From the NCBI GenBank assembly GCA_049322655.1, contig JBMORP010000006.1:128410-192409 (forward strand): DNA of 64,000 nucleotides. The letters run 5' to 3'. This DNA comes from Patescibacteria group bacterium. GTDB lineage: Bacteria > Patescibacteriota > Microgenomatia > UBA1400 > PJMF01. Under the pieces are notes generated by a model that saw nothing but the letters and a program-made list of their open reading frames with translations, was not told where the DNA came from and searched no databases. Each line of letters opens with the position of its first letter. The first letter of the stretch is position 1. Shown in pieces: positions 18,785-28,723 of the stretch. The translations under genes and the position numbers were made by a program.

Positions 18785-19728
18785 CTCTTTTTCTCAACTT
18801 TATCAATGGATTTGATGAAAAAGTCAGGTCTCCTTTTTGTTTCATCATAGATTGCAGCCACATAAACACCCAAAAGTCCCAAAAACAAAGATAAAAAACC
18901 TCCAATAACTAAAACTACAAATAAAACACTAGCCCAACCACTAACAACTCCTGTACCCCAGAATTTCATATAAATAACATAAACAGCGTATATAAATGCG
19001 AAGAAAAATAAGATAAGACTGAAAATACCAGATAAATACAGTGGTTTAGTACTAAATGAGGTTAATCCATGAAGAGCAAGTTGAAACATCTTGAGATAAC
19101 TATATTTACTTTTTCCACGAGCTCTTTTTTCTGCTTTAAAAGGTAAAATAATAGTCTTAAATCCTAACCACTGAATCATTCCTCTCAAAAACTTTCTTTT
19201 TTCAGGCATTAAAAGTAATGCATCAACAACATTTCTACTCATTAGCCTAAAGTCTGCTCCATTTTTAGTTATTTTATTGTCAGTTAATCTATTTAAAACT
19301 TCATAAAAAGTCTTACTTAAAGCTTTTTTTAAAAAAGAGATTTCTTTATGATCTATTCTTTTTGTTAAAACAACCTCATATCCTTTTTTATTTAAATCAA
19401 TCATTTCAAGGACAACTGATAAAGGATGTTGCAGATCTGCATCTAAAGTAACAACTAACTCACCACTACTTTCTTTTAATCCTGCGAGCAATGCTGATTG
19501 GTGACCAAAATTTCTTGTAAAACTAACAATCTTTACCTCAAATCTAGATTTAATTTTTTTTAGTTTTTCCAAACTTTTATCACTGCTTCCATCATTAACA
19601 AAAATAATTTCAGTATTTTTTGGAAATTTATTTTCGAATTTAATTAATTCTTTTGCTAATAATGGAATAACTTCTGCTTCGTTAAAAATTGGAAAAACTA
19701 ATGATAATTGGGTTGATTTGTTTTTCAT
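18781..19728 (-). CDS. GT2 polyprenyl-phosphate sugar transferase (DPM1/ArnC/GtrB-like) with C-terminal TM helices
   Basis: LSLVFPIFNEAEVIPLL...IIFVNDGSSDKS...LDADLQHP, followed by two C-terminal TM helices. Confidence 0.75.
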   Translation of the reverse strand: MKNKSTQLSLVFPIFNEAEVIPLLAKELIKFENKFPKNTEIIFVNDGSSDKSLEKLKKIKSRFEVKIVSFTRNFGHQSALLAGLKESSGELVVTLDADLQHPLSVVLEMIDLNKKGYEVVLTKRIDHKEISFLKKALSKTFYEVLNRLTDNKITKNGADFRLMSRNVVDALLLMPEKRKFLRGMIQWLGFKTIILPFKAEKRARGKSKYSYLKMFQLALHGLTSFSTKPLYLSGIFSLILFFFAFIYAVYVIYMKFWGTGVVSGWASVLFVVLVIGGFLSLFLGLLGVYVAAIYDETKRRPDFFIKSIDKVEKKR

Positions 19729-20517
19729 TTACTTTAACAACCTATACATATGAATAATAATTGCATTATGAAACTTTTGTAAATTTAATAATAATTTATT
19801 TTTGGTAAATTTCTTAACAACAGAATATTGTTCAGCAAATTGATTTTTAAACTGAGAAGCACCTTTTGAGTTTTTATGAATTCTAAAGGCGGCTATTGGT
19901 TCAGTCATGATTTCTGGTTTACCAATTTTATTTAATAATCTCAGCCAATATTCATAGTCCATCACATAGTGAAGACTAGCATTAAATAAGCCTGTTTTAA
20001 TCACCTCAGAAGCTCTGATAAACACACTTGGCTGTGGAATAGGATTGAGAATACTTAAAACAGGTTTTGAGATAAACCAACGCCAAAACTGTTTATAGAG
20101 TCTAATGGGTTGTTGAATTTCATGATTGTTTTCATTAAAAATCACACAATCACCTACCAGCCATTTTACATTCTTATTTTTTTCAAAAACTTGTTGAACT
20201 TTTTTCAGTGCATCAGATAAATAATAGTCATCTGAATTAAGATAGGCAAAAATTATTTGATTAGGATCTTTATGATTCTCTTTTAGCCACGTTTCTAGTT
20301 TTCTAATACCTTTATTGATTGCATCAGCCTGACCTTTGTCTGGTTTTGACTCAAAATAAATATCTTTTTGGTTAGTAAGTAGTTCTTTACTTCCATCATT
20401 AGAACCACCATCAAATACCCAATGATTAACCTTAACTGATTGTTGCTTAACACTTGTTAAAGTTTGTTTGAGAAACTTTTTTTGATTAAAAGATGGAGTA
20501 ATAATTACAAACTCCAT
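19729..20517 (-). CDS. Glycosyltransferase family 2
   Basis: FVIITPSFNQKKFLKQTLTSVKQQ...VFDGGSNDGS...YLNSDDYY. Confidence 0.7.
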   Translation of the reverse strand: MEFVIITPSFNQKKFLKQTLTSVKQQSVKVNHWVFDGGSNDGSKELLTNQKDIYFESKPDKGQADAINKGIRKLETWLKENHKDPNQIIFAYLNSDDYYLSDALKKVQQVFEKNKNVKWLVGDCVIFNENNHEIQQPIRLYKQFWRWFISKPVLSILNPIPQPSVFIRASEVIKTGLFNASLHYVMDYEYWLRLLNKIGKPEIMTEPIAAFRIHKNSKGASQFKNQFAEQYSVVKKFTKNKLLLNLQKFHNAIIIHMYRLLK

Positions 20518-20525
20518 ATAAACTC

Positions 20526-20870
20526 CTATATTTTTTTAGGTTTTTTAAGAACGTTTTTAATAGCGTGGTCACGAACAAATTGCTCAATTTTTTTATTAGC
20601 TACTCGTTGAGTAAAGTTATTCCAAATTACTACTATAGTTAAAAGCATTAATGCTCCAACGGTTAACAAATCAAAAACTCTAGAAAATCTTAAAAACTGA
20701 GTGATTCCCATTAATAACTCTGGAAAGAGAGCAATTACTACAAAGACAATCCACAATGAATACCAAAAGAATTTCTCAGCTATAGAAAATTTAATTTGTT
20801 TATCATGAATTCTTGTCACATAAAGCATGAACAGAGCAAAAAAAGTGGCAATAATTTGAAATATACTCAT
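20526..20870 (-). CDS. Small three-TM membrane protein (DUF2304-like GT2 partner)
   Basis: 114 aa with three hydrophobic helices and a basic C-terminus; 4-nt overlap with the upstream GT2. Confidence 0.35.
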   Translation of the reverse strand: MSIFQIIATFFALFMLYVTRIHDKQIKFSIAEKFFWYSLWIVFVVIALFPELLMGITQFLRFSRVFDLLTVGALMLLTIVVIWNNFTQRVANKKIEQFVRDHAIKNVLKKPKKI

Positions 20871-21550
20871 ATACCCAGTCTCAATAACATTATTTTTCCT
20901 ACTATTTTAATTGCATCCAAGATATTCATGCCTCGATCCATGTCATGATAAATAGTCTCTATCGATACCAGAGAAAAGTCAAGTTTTTTCTTAGTAATAT
21001 TGGCTGCTATTTCCAGTTCCACACTATAATCATTGGCTTCCCACTTAATTTGTTTATAGGTTTTTTTGGTAAAAGCCTTATATCCAGACAAAATATCTGG
21101 AATATAACGGAAAAAAAGCAAGACCATGATAGCTGAAGTAAAAGCATTGCCAACCTTTCTAATTAAAGGCATGGAACCAAATAAAGACCTGGCCCCTAAG
21201 ACCAGCTGTGAACCTTCTTCGAGTCTTTTTCTAAATAGAGGAATTTCTTCTGCATCATGTTGATCATCACCATCCATCATAATAATGGCTTCAGCTCCCA
21301 ACTGGTAGAAAGCATAATCACAACCTGTTTGTAAAGCACCTCCTTTACCCAAATTAATTTCATGTCTTAAAACATGAATGGGAAATTGTTTAGCTATCTC
21401 TGAGCTACTATCATTTGAACCATCATCAACATAGATAACATTGGTTGTTTTTTTAGTAACTTTTTTGAGAACAGAAGCCAGATATTTTTCTTCGTTAAAT
21501 CCCGGAATCACAATCCAAGTTTTGGAAAAAATATTCTGATTTTTAACCAT
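20867..21550 (-). CDS. Glycosyltransferase family 2 (DPM1-like)
   Basis: WIVIPGFNEEKYLASVLKKV...VIYVDDGSNDSS...MMDGDDQHD. Confidence 0.75.
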   Translation of the reverse strand: MVKNQNIFSKTWIVIPGFNEEKYLASVLKKVTKKTTNVIYVDDGSNDSSSEIAKQFPIHVLRHEINLGKGGALQTGCDYAFYQLGAEAIIMMDGDDQHDAEEIPLFRKRLEEGSQLVLGARSLFGSMPLIRKVGNAFTSAIMVLLFFRYIPDILSGYKAFTKKTYKQIKWEANDYSVELEIAANITKKKLDFSLVSIETIYHDMDRGMNILDAIKIVGKIMLLRLGI

Positions 21551-21555
21551 GTTCT

Positions 21556-22473
21556 TTAATTTGCTTTATACCACTCCGCTACTTTTTTCACTCCCTCTGC
21601 AAAACTGACTGTTGGTTCCCAACCTAGCTTTTCTTTGGCTTTTTGGTAACTCAACGAACTTGTCACTTGTTCACCTGGTCTCTCTGGGCCATATTGTTTC
21701 TCCATATCTAGCCCTAGCTCTTTCACCACCGCATCAAACACTTCGTTAGTGCTAATCTCAGTGGTGGTACCGATGTTTAATTCACCCACAAACTCAGTCT
21801 CTAGTGCTAGTAAATTAGCTTTAACCACATCAGCCACATAAACATAATCTCTGGTGTGTGTACCGTCACCATTAATAACTGGAGTTTTGCCAGTCATCAT
21901 CATTTCCGAGAAAATTGCCACGACACCGGACTCACCGTGAGCGTTTTGACGAGGGCCATAGACATTGGAATAGCGCAAAGACACATAAGGAATACCATAA
22001 AGTTCATAGTAGTAGTTCAAATAAAGCTCGCCAGCTCTTTTGGAAATCCCATATGGAGATAAGGGTTGTTCTTTCATGGTTTCAGCAAAAGGCGTTTGTT
22101 TGTTACCATACATCGCCCCACCAGTCGCAGCCATAATCACTTTTTTCACTCCCACATCTTTGGCGGCTTCCATCACATTCAGTAAACCAATCACATTATT
22201 TTCGGCATCAAACTGGGGGTTCTTGACTGAGTAACCCACCTGAATATGAGCCGCATGGTGATTAATTATCTCTGGTTTTTCTGTGCGGATAATTTGTTGA
22301 ATCTTAGCTTGATCAGTGATATCGGCTTTGATGAATTTTGCCTGATCACTGACATAATCAGTTTTACCGGTGGAAAGATTATCCACCACCAGTACTTCAT
22401 GACCAGCTTCCAAATATGCATCAACCACATGAGAACCAATAAAACCGGCTCCACCAGTGACTAAAATTTTCAT
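21556..22473 (-). CDS. galE: NAD-dependent nucleotide-sugar epimerase (UDP-glucose 4-epimerase-like)
   Basis: MKILVTGGAGFIGSHVVDAYLEAGHEVLVVDNLSTGK; SPYGISKRAGE (YxxxK); 305 aa extended SDR. Confidence 0.75.
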   Translation of the reverse strand: MKILVTGGAGFIGSHVVDAYLEAGHEVLVVDNLSTGKTDYVSDQAKFIKADITDQAKIQQIIRTEKPEIINHHAAHIQVGYSVKNPQFDAENNVIGLLNVMEAAKDVGVKKVIMAATGGAMYGNKQTPFAETMKEQPLSPYGISKRAGELYLNYYYELYGIPYVSLRYSNVYGPRQNAHGESGVVAIFSEMMMTGKTPVINGDGTHTRDYVYVADVVKANLLALETEFVGELNIGTTTEISTNEVFDAVVKELGLDMEKQYGPERPGEQVTSSLSYQKAKEKLGWEPTVSFAEGVKKVAEWYKAN

Positions 22474-22498
22474 AAATAACCTTTCGTTTTCTTTTTTC

Positions 22499-23668
22499 TC
22501 AGGCTACCCAATAGCCCTGAATAAACAACAGTGTGTTTATTATAAGCAACAACCCGCTCAAAGCCAGCACCAAGAACCGAGTTGGTTGGTTGTTCAGCCA
22601 ATCAGCCAGTAAATAGTAAAACGGAAAGGCTGCCAAAACATATCTGGGCATACTAGAAAAAGTTCCGGTTAAAGTGGGGACAATTAAGACTAGTAAAGCA
22701 AAGATCAAGTAGGAAGCTTTTACTCGTTTCCAAAACCAAATTAATAAACCAAAAAAACCAATTGAAAAGAAAAATTCTTGGGCATAAGCAAAATATTTCC
22801 AATCTAGTGGGGTAGTAGTCAGAATTTTTAAATAGCGCCAAATGACTTGTGGCAATAAAATTAAGCCTTCTTCTCTACCAGCACCAAACTCACTTTGAAC
22901 ATGAAAGAAATACAGCGGATCAGCAAAGGTGTTATGTAAATAAAGCATGTACCCAGCCAAACCTAATACAGATATTGATAGCTGAACTAATTCTCCCCAA
23001 CCAGCTTTAATTTCTTTGGTGATGTTCTCCATCGTGAGTGGTTTATTTTTACTCAGCCACCACTCCACGATGAGAGCTGGCCAAAGTGCAATGCCAACTA
23101 CCCTAGTGGCTGAGGCCAAAGCACCCATTATCCCAGCCCACCACCATTGTTTATGGTGAGCAAAAATAAAACTGGCTAATACCACAATTAAAAACAAGCT
23201 TTCGTTATATAACGCCCCCAAAAAGAAACTGGTAGGAAAAATTAATAAAATTATGACCGCCCACCAACTAATTGAGCTTGATTTTTGTAAAACTACTTTC
23301 AGTAAATAAAAAAACAACCCACTTAACAACCAAGTCAATAAAAACTGTGATAGCAATGCCATGATGAAAAAATACTGCCCAAAAATAGCTTTTAATAAGC
23401 TCAACATCAAGGGAAAAACCGGAAAAAATGCTTGAATTAGGGCAGTTTCTAGATAGCCCTTACTGGCAATGGTTAAATAATGCACTCCATCAAAGTTGGC
23501 CCACGAATACAACCAGCGCCCTGTCGTCAATTTGGCTAAAATTTCTTTACTGTAAGGAAAACTGGGAGCATAAACTAAAAAATGATCAGCCACTAAAGCT
23601 AGTAGTAATAAAGCTAAACGCCAACTTAACACTAACCAAAATAGTTTTTGCCAAGGGATTTTTTTCAC
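22499..23668 (-). CDS. GT-C membrane mannosyltransferase-like protein (PIG-V / GT76-like)
   Basis: WANFDGVHYLTIASKGYLETALIQAFFPVFPLMLSL resembles the WD..H...IA..GY...AFFP loop of the PIG-V family; more than 8 TM helices. Confidence 0.45.
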   Translation of the reverse strand: MKKIPWQKLFWLVLSWRLALLLLALVADHFLVYAPSFPYSKEILAKLTTGRWLYSWANFDGVHYLTIASKGYLETALIQAFFPVFPLMLSLLKAIFGQYFFIMALLSQFLLTWLLSGLFFYLLKVVLQKSSSISWWAVIILLIFPTSFFLGALYNESLFLIVVLASFIFAHHKQWWWAGIMGALASATRVVGIALWPALIVEWWLSKNKPLTMENITKEIKAGWGELVQLSISVLGLAGYMLYLHNTFADPLYFFHVQSEFGAGREEGLILLPQVIWRYLKILTTTPLDWKYFAYAQEFFFSIGFFGLLIWFWKRVKASYLIFALLVLIVPTLTGTFSSMPRYVLAAFPFYYLLADWLNNQPTRFLVLALSGLLLIINTLLFIQGYWVA

Positions 23669-25308
23669 TATTTTTTCTTCAAGTTAACTACTTCATGCAC
23701 TGCTAACCACAAAAAAATACTACCAGCAATAATACTTACCGCATTACCCAATCTTCTGGGCCAAGTTCTTTGGGTAAACTGACTTTTAACTTGATAGTCA
23801 CCTGGTTCCAACCAATAACCAATTCTACCATCAGTCTCGGTCGGCTCAGCATAATCGATTAGCTGATCATTAAGCTCGGTTTGCCAACCTACAAAATACA
23901 TAGTTGGTTCCACAATCAAGGCTTTGGCTGTAACTGTCAAAGTATATTGTCTGTTAGTTCCTGTCCAATGCTGTACTTGGTAGTCAGCCTGGCCTTGTAG
24001 CACTCTAGGTGCTGCTGACCAATCAGCAATATTTTGATAAGTAAAGGTTTTAGGTAGATTTTCATTGGCAGTGGTCGTGCTTTGAGCAAATAAATCATAA
24101 TCCAAGGTAGTTTTATGCAAGTAGTCAGCTGGTTGAAATCTCATTACCATCAACAACTGACTGCCTAAAATCACGATCAATAAATACTTGAAAATCCTCT
24201 GGTAAGCAACTAATTCTGCCAAAAGTGGCAGCACTAAAACAATTAAAAACAAACTTAACCGCCAAGGAAACTGAATAAATTGGACTAGCGGCAGACTCTT
24301 CCACAAAGCTAGAGAAAACTCTGTTTGTAAAAACACTAATCCCCAACTCAATAACACAGCCAACCATAAATATTTTTTCTTCAAGGTTTTGGCTTTGATT
24401 TTGCTAGCCAAAATCGTTCCCAAAACTAAAGCAACTAAGCCACTCCAACCAATTGCCAAACTCATGGTATCAACTGGACTAATCAGCGAAAAGCCAAATT
24501 GTAGGGGAGAGCTAATTAGTTGTAAAACGCTAGGGAAGTGGTTAACAAATTGATTTGACAAACCAGCCTCATCCAAAATAATTTGGTTTTTCTCTAGTAA
24601 GGCCGGTAACCAAAACCACAAGCTCAGAGCCAAGGCCAAACCTCCTCGCCATAACAGTCTGCTCCAGACTACCCTATTATTTTGCAAAATTACCCAGCTA
24701 TAGATCAACCAGATGATGCCACCAAATAACACCGAGATGTTGTGAGATAACAAGAAAGCGGTCATCAAGCTGGTACTAACCAGATAAGGCAAGTAAGACT
24801 CTTTTTTAATTTGCAGGGTCAACCATAACAACCACGGAAACAAAGCTAAGGCCCAAGCCTCACCAATATTGCCTCGCACATAAATCAGATTGACTGTAAA
24901 AGGAGCCAGTAAAAAACTAGCCACTGCCAAGAACCTACCCTGCTTATTCCCTAGCCGCAGTTCTTTTAACCATGACCAAACTCCCCAACTACCCAATAAT
25001 AAAGCCGTTATCATCAATAATTTAAAAGTTAGTTCATAGGAGATACCTAAAACACTAAACGGCAACGACAAAATATTGGCCAGTGGGTAATTATAGTTAA
25101 AAACAGGATAACCATAGTGATTATTAAGATTCGGCGCAAATCTGGGTGGTAGTTGGCCTTCTTTTAGAGCAATTTTATAATTAGCAAATCTAGCTAAGTG
25201 ATTTTCTCCATCGTGAGTATAAGGCACCCCAACTTGAAAATATGGTTTTATCACTGCCCATAAGGGCAAGCCAACCATGAGTAAGATCGGTAATAATAAT
25301 TTTTTCAT
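23668..25308 (-). CDS. Polytopic membrane protein, YfhO-like / GT-C fold glycosyltransferase candidate
   Basis: THDGENHLARFANYKIALKEGQLPPRFAPNL loop after TM1; about 13 TM helices; C-terminal periplasmic-type domain of about 150 aa. Confidence 0.4.
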   Translation of the reverse strand: MKKLLLPILLMVGLPLWAVIKPYFQVGVPYTHDGENHLARFANYKIALKEGQLPPRFAPNLNNHYGYPVFNYNYPLANILSLPFSVLGISYELTFKLLMITALLLGSWGVWSWLKELRLGNKQGRFLAVASFLLAPFTVNLIYVRGNIGEAWALALFPWLLWLTLQIKKESYLPYLVSTSLMTAFLLSHNISVLFGGIIWLIYSWVILQNNRVVWSRLLWRGGLALALSLWFWLPALLEKNQIILDEAGLSNQFVNHFPSVLQLISSPLQFGFSLISPVDTMSLAIGWSGLVALVLGTILASKIKAKTLKKKYLWLAVLLSWGLVFLQTEFSLALWKSLPLVQFIQFPWRLSLFLIVLVLPLLAELVAYQRIFKYLLIVILGSQLLMVMRFQPADYLHKTTLDYDLFAQSTTTANENLPKTFTYQNIADWSAAPRVLQGQADYQVQHWTGTNRQYTLTVTAKALIVEPTMYFVGWQTELNDQLIDYAEPTETDGRIGYWLEPGDYQVKSQFTQRTWPRRLGNAVSIIAGSIFLWLAVHEVVNLKKK

Positions 25309-25309
25309 T

Positions 25310-26353
25310 TTATTTTGTTAACAGGGACTGGTAAACCTGGAGTGTTTCTTCGGCCGTTTTTTCCCAGGTAAACTGCTGTTCCCAGTGACTTGCTTCTTTA
25401 ATCACTTTGTTTCTTTGTGCTTCAGTCATAGCCAGAACCAGTTCAATTTTTTCAGCAAATGATTCTGCCTCTGGGCTACTATAAATCACTACTTCTCCAC
25501 CCACTTCTTTGAGCGAAGAATTCTTGGCGCTAATTACTGGTGTTTGGCAGCGCATTGCTTCCAGTAGTGGCAAACCAAAGCCTTCATATAATGAGGGTTG
25601 GACATAAACCAAGGCTCCAGAATAAAGCGCCGACAAAGTCGCATAATCATCGGTCAAAATATCTGAGACAAAATGAACTCGGTCAGTCACATCGCTCAAG
25701 GCAATTTGGGTCGTGATTGCTTGCCATTCAGGAATTTCTTGTTCAACAAAATTTTTACCAACACACACTAAATGAACATGTCTAGGTAAATATTTCAGGG
25801 CTTTAATTAGTTGGGGAACATTTTTATTATAATTAATATCACCAACATACAAAACATAAGTCTTGGGCAAATTTAACTGCTTGCGCACCTGATCTGCATA
25901 GCTTTCCGTGGTCGGTTGTAAAAAGGGATTGGCTGCCAAATAAACAACATGAACTTTTTCGGCTGGCACCCCCAAATGAAAAACTAAATCTTTTTTGGAA
26001 GCTTGGGAATCAGTCAAGATAGCCGCTACTTTTCTCAAAGCCAATTTCTGTCTCATAAAATTCAGTGAGCCTCTTTTACCAGGAGGGTACTGTTTGGGAA
26101 ACAACAATGGAATCACATCATGAATCGTTACTACGGTTTTACCTTTATTTAAAAAAGGTAAGGTGGGAAAAAACAGATCAAAAAAAGGATAATGAGTAAT
26201 ATCTGGATTTTTAATTTCATTTAAGCCAGACCGATAAACCTCCAATTGGTTATTTTTTTCTAAAGCTGCGGTAAGAAATCTGGTGTACATCCCTACGCCT
26301 CTGACTGCATGACCAGAAGACAACGGTTGAACATTAATTAAAACTTTCATCAT
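25310..26353 (-). CDS. Glycosyltransferase family 4 (GT1 clan)
   Basis: YVQPSLYEGFGLPLLEAMRCQTPVI (E-X7-E); start taken at MMKVLINV. Confidence 0.8.
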   Translation of the reverse strand: MMKVLINVQPLSSGHAVRGVGMYTRFLTAALEKNNQLEVYRSGLNEIKNPDITHYPFFDLFFPTLPFLNKGKTVVTIHDVIPLLFPKQYPPGKRGSLNFMRQKLALRKVAAILTDSQASKKDLVFHLGVPAEKVHVVYLAANPFLQPTTESYADQVRKQLNLPKTYVLYVGDINYNKNVPQLIKALKYLPRHVHLVCVGKNFVEQEIPEWQAITTQIALSDVTDRVHFVSDILTDDYATLSALYSGALVYVQPSLYEGFGLPLLEAMRCQTPVISAKNSSLKEVGGEVVIYSSPEAESFAEKIELVLAMTEAQRNKVIKEASHWEQQFTWEKTAEETLQVYQSLLTK

Positions 26354-27123
26354 GATTGTTGCTGGAGCTCCCACAGCTTCAGATAGGCAATACTAAAGTG
26401 TAAACCACTCATCAAAGCAAACACCAACCCGGGATAACCATCAACATAGCCACGATGTCGGAAATAAAGTTTGGCAAAAGTCCAAACTGGCAACCAACCC
26501 AGGTAATATAGACTACCCAAAAAATTAACTTTTTTGCCTTGTTCAGCCCATTGTTGAGCTTTAAAAGAAGTATAGGTGTTGAACTTACGCATATAGTCAG
26601 CAAAACTTGGGTTAGAGTAATGAAGTAAATGCCCTTCAGCCCAACCAATTTCACCAGCAACTACCATTTGTTCATGTACATCTTGCTGCGGTAACTTGGC
26701 ATGGCCAGCCAAGTATAACCTGATCACTGCATCAGGATATTGGCCGCCCTTCGTGAGCCACTTACCCAAAAATAAATTTTTACGGGCAAGCCACCAAGCC
26801 GATGCTTTGAGTGTATCTCGTTTAGCAATGTTTAAAATAAATTTTTTTAAAGTTGAATCAACCACTTCATCTGCATCTAACTGTAAAATTAGTTGACCAG
26901 TGGCCGCATCCATCGCCTGCTGTTTATTGATATGGAAATTAGCTTTATTAGTGGTTTTAATGACTTTAGCCTGATACTCATTTTGGGCTATGTCACGAGT
27001 AGCATCACTGGAACTACCATCCACCACCACGATCTCATCCACCCAACCTTGAACAGAATCTAAACATTGCCTGATGTTTTTTTCTTCATTAAATGTAGCC
27101 AAGACAACCGAGATCTTTTTCAT
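26350..27123 (-). CDS. Glycosyltransferase family 2 (WELQQ-tail subfamily, paralog of 38000-38830 and 41508-42426)
   Basis: MKKISVVLATFNEEKNIRQCLDSVQGWVDEIVVVDGSSSDAT...LDADEV; C-terminal YLKLWELQQQS; start at ATG 27123, not the upstream in-frame extension. Confidence 0.75.
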   Translation of the reverse strand: MKKISVVLATFNEEKNIRQCLDSVQGWVDEIVVVDGSSSDATRDIAQNEYQAKVIKTTNKANFHINKQQAMDAATGQLILQLDADEVVDSTLKKFILNIAKRDTLKASAWWLARKNLFLGKWLTKGGQYPDAVIRLYLAGHAKLPQQDVHEQMVVAGEIGWAEGHLLHYSNPSFADYMRKFNTYTSFKAQQWAEQGKKVNFLGSLYYLGWLPVWTFAKLYFRHRGYVDGYPGLVFALMSGLHFSIAYLKLWELQQQS

Positions 27124-27124
27124 A

Positions 27125-28723
27125 TTAATAACCAGTAATCTTCCAGCCCTTTCCATGCCATTCTAACAACACTTTCTCACTAGCAGCCCGATCAGCAGGT
27201 TGAGCAATAAAGTGATAGTGAGTCACTCGTTCACCATAGCGAAAACCAATTTGATTGGGAAGCTGTCTGACATTGGTTGCAAAATATTCTTCAGGAGAAA
27301 TTCGCAAATACCAAGCGGTCAAAATATAAAGATAACCATCTGGATCAACTACCGCAATATTAGCATTGGGAGCTGTTTTTTCGATTAACTGCACCATCCC
27401 AGCATAACCAGGTTGAAAAGTAAGTTGATTCTGTGGATAAACAATAAATAGTTGTTGCAAATGCCATAAAGTTTCTACCCAAATAATCAAACTCAACATT
27501 AACCAGAAAATCGTTTTGCTGGGCCAAAACTTTTGTTCAACCAACCAAGCTAAACCTTTAACGGCCCACAACACCCAGAAAATAAAAAAGAGTAAACTTC
27601 TGGTAGTATGAGGCGCATCTACCGTAATCACTGCCGGAGCCAAAGTCGCTATAAATAAAAATAAATTAGCCAGCTCGGTTCTAGCTGCTGGAGCCAAGTT
27701 TTGCAAAAGCAGGCTTTTTTGCCAACCAGTTTGCCACAGTTTTTTAATAGTCAAAACCAACCCCAGCCAACCCAAACTATAAATTAAAAATGTTAAATGT
27801 CCCCAAGTAGTCAAACTGTGCCAGGGGTGGCTATCGCCGTTGGTCACCAAAAACTGCGGGGTAAATGATTGCCAAAACCTGGTCCAAATTAAACCAAGCC
27901 AATAAACATATTTGCTGCCCAATAACCATAGCCAGCGAGAATCTAGTGCTTCACGATAAGCAATCCAGTCACTCCACACAGTCTCATCAGTAAAAATCGT
28001 AATGCCACTTTTCTGCCCAGTCAAAGGAATAAAAACCTTGGCCCCTAGAATAAAAATGATGCCCATAGCAAGGATTAACCACCAGGTTTGTTTTTGTTGA
28101 GTTGAGTTTTTACGAGGAAATAACAAATAAACATAAATCAGCAAAAACGGTAACAACAACCAAGGGGTATTATAGGTAAAGATCGCCAAAACCAAACAAA
28201 TTAATAACCAAACAAACTTCCTACTAGACCACTTTTGACTTAACAAAGTGATTAACCATAAAGCTGTCACCATCAAACTTAGAGCCAAATTGGCTTCATA
28301 GGCCATTCTAGAGTAAAAAATCGATACAGGTAACAAAGCCACTAACCAAGCTCCCACTAGAGCAAAGGTTTCTTTAATCTTGAGTGACTTAAACCAGCAG
28401 TAGCTCAGCAAAATTAACAATGTCCCCGCAATGACAGAGGGCAAGCGAACAACCCAATCAGCTAAGCCAAAAAGCTTAAATAATGGAATCAATGCCCAGG
28501 CATAACCAGGCAACTTATAGTCACCAAATGACTCCAAAGCCAATGGCCAAACTCTACCCCACTCATCTTGGCCAGTTTCTGCTAATAAATAAGCATTGTA
28601 AGCCAAGCCGGCTTCATCTCGATTCAAAATACTGGGTAACAGCTCAACACGATAGAATCTCAAGGCAAAACCAACCACTAGGGCCAAAATTAAGATCCAA
28701 TGTTGTTTAAGCAGTTTTATCAT
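27125..28723 (-). CDS. ArnT/PMT-like GT-C glycosyltransferase (polyprenyl-phosphate-sugar dependent)
   Basis: RDEAGLAYNAYLLAETGQDEWGRVWPLALESFGDYKLPGYAW first loop, matching the ArnT-family DE...G.W...FGD..K.P..YW pattern; about 12 TM helices; soluble C-terminal domain. Confidence 0.75.
   Translation of the reverse strand: MIKLLKQHWILILALVVGFALRFYRVELLPSILNRDEAGLAYNAYLLAETGQDEWGRVWPLALESFGDYKLPGYAWALIPLFKLFGLADWVVRLPSVIAGTLLILLSYCWFKSLKIKETFALVGAWLVALLPVSIFYSRMAYEANLALSLMVTALWLITLLSQKWSSRKFVWLLICLVLAIFTYNTPWLLLPFLLIYVYLLFPRKNSTQQKQTWWLILAMGIIFILGAKVFIPLTGQKSGITIFTDETVWSDWIAYREALDSRWLWLLGSKYVYWLGLIWTRFWQSFTPQFLVTNGDSHPWHSLTTWGHLTFLIYSLGWLGLVLTIKKLWQTGWQKSLLLQNLAPAARTELANLFLFIATLAPAVITVDAPHTTRSLLFFIFWVLWAVKGLAWLVEQKFWPSKTIFWLMLSLIIWVETLWHLQQLFIVYPQNQLTFQPGYAGMVQLIEKTAPNANIAVVDPDGYLYILTAWYLRISPEEYFATNVRQLPNQIGFRYGERVTHYHFIAQPADRAASEKVLLEWHGKGWKITGY

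Noticed and set aside
26350-27156. N-terminal extensions suggested by the ORF track (MERAGRLLVIN... at 27156; MEKRNFLAKIGSYF... at 36101; MAVQKKIKNLRFL... at 41538; MLGTKKIKPGG... at 53747; MVAERSINSS... at 55506; MKLWLILEEGSFL at 44778)
   Set aside because: In each case an internal ATG gives the canonical family N-terminus (MKKISV, MKKLAKF, MKKKLF, MKTILTTG, MEIVIFTLFP, MINISS). These starts abut or overlap the neighbouring gene stop in the ATGA/TAATG arrangement seen throughout the locus. The longer forms would overlap neighbours by 30-130 nt.
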